From the NCBI GenBank assembly GCA_026026165.1, contig JAPEUD010000095.1, positions 62,001-87,146 on the forward strand: a stretch of DNA of 25,146 nucleotides, given 5' to 3'. A program made the translations under genes and the position numbers. This document shows, one piece after another, positions 21,538-25,146 of the stretch. Every line of letters starts with the position of its first letter. Position 1 is the stretch's first letter. A model generated the notes under the pieces. That model saw only the letters and a program-made list of their open reading frames with translations, had not been told where the DNA came from and did not search any database. The stretch is from Sarea resinae. Taxonomy: Eukaryota.

Positions 21538-22664
21538 ATGTCCTACGGCGGCGGCGGCGAGTATCAGCAGTATGGGGGTAACCCGTATGCGCAAAACACC
21601 GGCGAGAATGGAGGCTATGGAACCCACAATCCATACGACAATGCCGTACCACTCGAGAATGCGGTAGGTTGAATCACATCGTGTACTCTGGAGCTTCGAC
21701 TGACATGCGTCGCATCAGGGCGCCAACAACCTGCAGGCACCTCCAGCGTTGAACCAAGAAACGTCCAACTACTCGCATGGCTCCAACTACTCAACCGCGA
21801 CGCCGACCGTGCTGTCTCTCCAGGATTTTCTTTCCAAAGTCGAGCTCGTCAACGAGAGCATGCGCAAATTAAGCGGCAATGTCTCTCAGATCGGCGACCT
21901 CCACCAACGCGCTCTGGCCAATCCGGACAACTCGACCTCGGCGCAGCTAGAGCACCTTGTTTCGCAAACGCAGGTCCTGAATACCAACATCAAGGACCAG
22001 ATCAAATCGCTCGAGCTGGACGAAGTCAAGACGCAGGATACTACCACTAAGCGCACCAAGACGTCGCAGGTTAAGCGTTTGAAGAACAGCTTTGACCAGC
22101 AGCTCAAGGATTTCCGAAGCGAAGAATTGGCCTACGAGAAGAGATACAGAGAGCAGATTGCGAGACAGTATCGGATTGTTAACCCAGAGGCCACTGAGTC
22201 CGAAGTTAACGAAGCCGCCAATGCGGACTGGGGTAATGAGGGGGTTTTCCAGACCGCTGTACGTTTCTGTTTTTTTTATCCGTCCAACCCAAATATCCAC
22301 ATCTGACTGACAAAACCTGCAGCTTAAAACCAATCGCTCCGGCGCAGCCAACAGCGTGCTCGGCGCCGTGCGCGCTCGCCACAACGACATCCAGAAGATC
22401 GAGCGCACAATCATCGAGCTGGACCAACTCTTCCAGGACATGGCCGCCGTCGTCGAACTGCAAGAGGCGCCCGTGGCCGGTATGGAAGAACAGACCAACC
22501 AAGCTACCGTGGCGCTCGAGCAGGGCCGAAAGGAATTGGATGTCGGTATCAAGCATGCCAGAAGGCGGAACAAGCTCAAGTGGTGGACGCTCTTCGTCGT
22601 CGTTTTGATCATCTGTATATTGGCTCTTGTGCTGGGCCTTGTCTTTGGTTTGAGGAATAAATAG
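21538..22664 (+). CDS. SSO1: Plasma-membrane syntaxin (Qa-SNARE), Sso1/Sso2-like
   Basis: Exons 21538-21663, 21719-22258 and 22323-22664. G/Y/N/P-rich N-terminus, Habc region (YREQIARQYRIVNPEATESEV), SNARE motif RHNDIQKIERTIIELDQLFQDMA and a C-terminal transmembrane helix. Confidence 0.95.
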
Positions 22665-23814
22665 ATGAGTGTGGTTGCTGGGGCAACGTCGATGCTGTTT
22701 GGATGGATGGATGGATAGACGAATAGTTGCTCGACGGGATGCATGAATGGAACGCAGCTGTGGAATGTCTGTGGACGCTCGACATGGCGGACGTGGAGAT
22801 GGGTGTTTCATTTGGATGGATGGGCCGTGAATGAGGGCTGAAAAGATAGAGCGAGAGAATCCGAGAGAGAGAGAGAAAGGAGGAAAGCTCCAAAAGAAAA
22901 GAGAAGAGAAGAGAAGGGGAAAGCCACCTTTTTCAACTACAACTACAACCACCACTACACCTTGCCTGTGAGATATCCGCTTCTGAGCCTACCTTTACGA
23001 TTGATAATATAATAACTTTTTTTTTCTTTTGTCCACCTTTTCTTGGGCCTCGTCTGTATCTACTGTACCTACACTACAATATCCATGGATGGGTTTTTTT
23101 TCCCGTTTGTTTGTCTCGAGAACGACTAGTCGGTCGGTTTATCTGTCTGTCTGCCTGTCTGTCGAAGTTTTTAGTCGGGAAAGTCATCACTCATCATCTT
23201 TCAGCAGTCAGTCAAGTCAGTCAGGTCAAGTCAATCGACACATCTCCTATATCTTGGTAAACCGGTCAATTGGAAAATTGAAAAGTTTCTCATCGCCATA
23301 CCACCTGCCTCTCAAAACCCCCACCCCCCAAACCCATAATCATACCCGCGCCTCCCATTTTGCAACACTCCCCTCCGTTCGTCCGTTTGTCCGTCCATCC
23401 ATCTACTATCGTACCAACCACCAGCTACCGTCCACCGTCCCTCTGTCACCGTTGACCGTTGACCGTTTCACCGTTCCAAGGCCAGAGAGACTGACAGAAG
23501 TCGGGCAATCACATTGGTCACAGATCACAGATCACAGATCATAGAGTTATAGGGGGTAAGGGGGGGATAAGCTATGATTCTTGGTTCCACTGGTTCTCAA
23601 CGCACCGCTCGCTCGCATGCCACCCGCCTTTTGTGCTCGCTCGTTTGTTTATTTATTCATTTGCGGGGTGGATTGTAGACGACTTTCATCTGCGTGGATG
23701 ATGATGATGATGACGATGATGATTCTTCTCCTCCCGCCTATCAAGATAATGCCGTAAAGGACTATGGCAACCGCAACGGCAACGGCAACGGCAGAGTCAG
23801 TATCTATGTCTGTG

Positions 23815-25146
23815 TCAGTGGCAGAGGCGATCTAGCCCCTCCTCATACGCCATGGCGTTCTCGTGCTCTTTTGCCGTATGGACGGCAGGAGCGGGGACTG
23901 GAGTGGTCGGAGTGGGTGCGGGTGTGGTTGTGGACGCGGAAGTCAGATCTGATCGCGGGGTCGGGCTGTAGTCGGGAATCGCTCCTGGCTCTGCTCCTGC
24001 TTGTACTCCTGCTCCTGCTTCTAGCCCTGAGACTCGTGCTCCGGCTCCAGGAATAACAACAGCACCACTAGACCCCTCTCGCCCGGCACCCGCAAGCTCT
24101 CTAGCAGCACCATTCCAAACCCCGCCCGGCCCACTCGCTCCGCCACCCGCTGCAGCCCCGCCAGATCCAGACCCCACACGCCTGATCCCGCGCGCTCCCG
24201 TCCACAGCGGCGTCCTAGCAAACTCCCGCCCAGAAGCCCGCACATACGTGATATGCGGCTTCGGCTTCGGCTTCGGCTTGGGTTCCGGCTTCGATGTCAG
24301 CTTCGGATCAGGTGCGTTTCGCCGATCAAGCGGAGCGGGAGACACAGATGCAAACGGCGATGGAAGAGCCGGATCAGGGGACGACGAGACGATGATTCGG
24401 CCCCAGGCGTCTCGGCGCGTCCTGCCCTTGTGCCCATCCTCGGGCGTTGCTCCCTTCGCGCTGCCATTTCCTCCAGCATTATCCGTCGTGGTGGTGGTGG
24501 TGGTGGTCGTCGTCGTTGTTTTCAACCCCTGAGCAGTCGCATCTCTCGCGCGCCGCTCGATCCGCTTCCACAGGTAGGGGCTCTCGCGCAATCGCCGCCC
24601 GCGCAGCAGGCTGTCTTCGAGCCAGTCGTAGGTTACGATTTTCGGCTTGGGCGAGCGCAAGTGCCGGATTTTGGATACTGTGGTTTGATTAGTTTTGTTT
24701 TTTTGGGGGGGCGGAGATGGTGGAGTGGGTGGGATGGTCTGGGGAATTGAGAAAGGGAAGGAAGAGGCAATAGGGAAGGGAGGGGCAAGAGGAAGGATGG
24801 GGGAGGTTGAGGGGTAGTGGGAGAAGAATAGATGACGGCACCCTCTCTAGAGGGGAGCAAGAGTGGTTAAGTGGGAGTATGAGGGTAAGTAGAAGGTGCA
24901 GAGTGGAAGCGGGGCGTAGAAATGGTGATTGAATTCGAAATCAAAAAACAGCAGAGAAGAAGAAGAAGAAGAAGAAGAAGAAGTGAGATAGTGCAGAGCA
25001 ATCCCTTCCCCCTGAGGCCCTAACCCAATACACTGAAAATATCAAACATACCTATCGAACGCCTCTTAAACCTCCCCTTCCACTCCTCATCCGAACATAC
25101 CAGATGCGTTATGCCCTTTCTCCTTCCCTGCTTTCCAGTCCCGCGA
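23815..25146 (-). CDS. 3' part of a BRCT-domain protein with a low-complexity tail (5' end outside the window)
   Basis: Exon 25146-25052 encodes ...KGITHLVCSDEEWK... Intron 25051-24678 (GTATGT..CTAAT..CAG) joins in frame to VSKIRHLRSPKPKIVTYDWLEDSL. THLV and IVxxxWLEDS are BRCT hallmarks. The 3' exon structure is uncertain. Confidence 0.8.
24956..24982. repeat. (GAA)9 microsatellite inside the BRCT gene intron
   Basis: Read directly. Confidence 0.9.

Noticed and set aside
21947..22955. Long minus-strand ORFs over the syntaxin gene
   Set aside because: Antisense shadows running through an intron and microsatellites.
1..25146. CRISPR array, rRNA/snRNA genes, intact transposon or biosynthetic gene cluster
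   Set aside because: No repeat-spacer array, no recognisable 5S/U-snRNA motifs, no transposase/RT or PKS/NRPS coding; the genes are functionally unrelated housekeeping loci.

Overview
Intron-containing genomic DNA from a filamentous ascomycete (Pezizomycotina-type GT-AG introns with CTRAC branch sites). Nine protein-coding genes could be assembled by hand: a partial gene at the left edge (N-terminus reminiscent of Mhp1-like proteins), RPL5, a HAD-like hydrolase ending in a PTS1-like tripeptide, a YAT-family amino acid permease, a secreted Rds1/ferritin-like protein, the MBF subunit Mbp1/Res1, complex I subunit NDUFB7 (B18), a plasma-membrane syntaxin (Sso1-like) and a partial BRCT-domain gene at the right edge. 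This is mostly a housekeeping neighbourhood, and I found no convincing novel multi-gene system, intact mobile element or intact RNA gene. The best leads are smaller: several regulatory oddities at mbp1 (a stop-free 48-nt in-frame intron, a uORF whose stop overlaps the first ATG, MCB/SCB boxes upstream), a degenerate tRNA-like element with competing hairpins in a 5.8-kb gene-free gap, a duplicated TATA unit at the permease, and strongly GC3-enriched terminal exons flanking a microsatellite-dense spacer. Homology calls rest on remembered family motifs; no searches were run.
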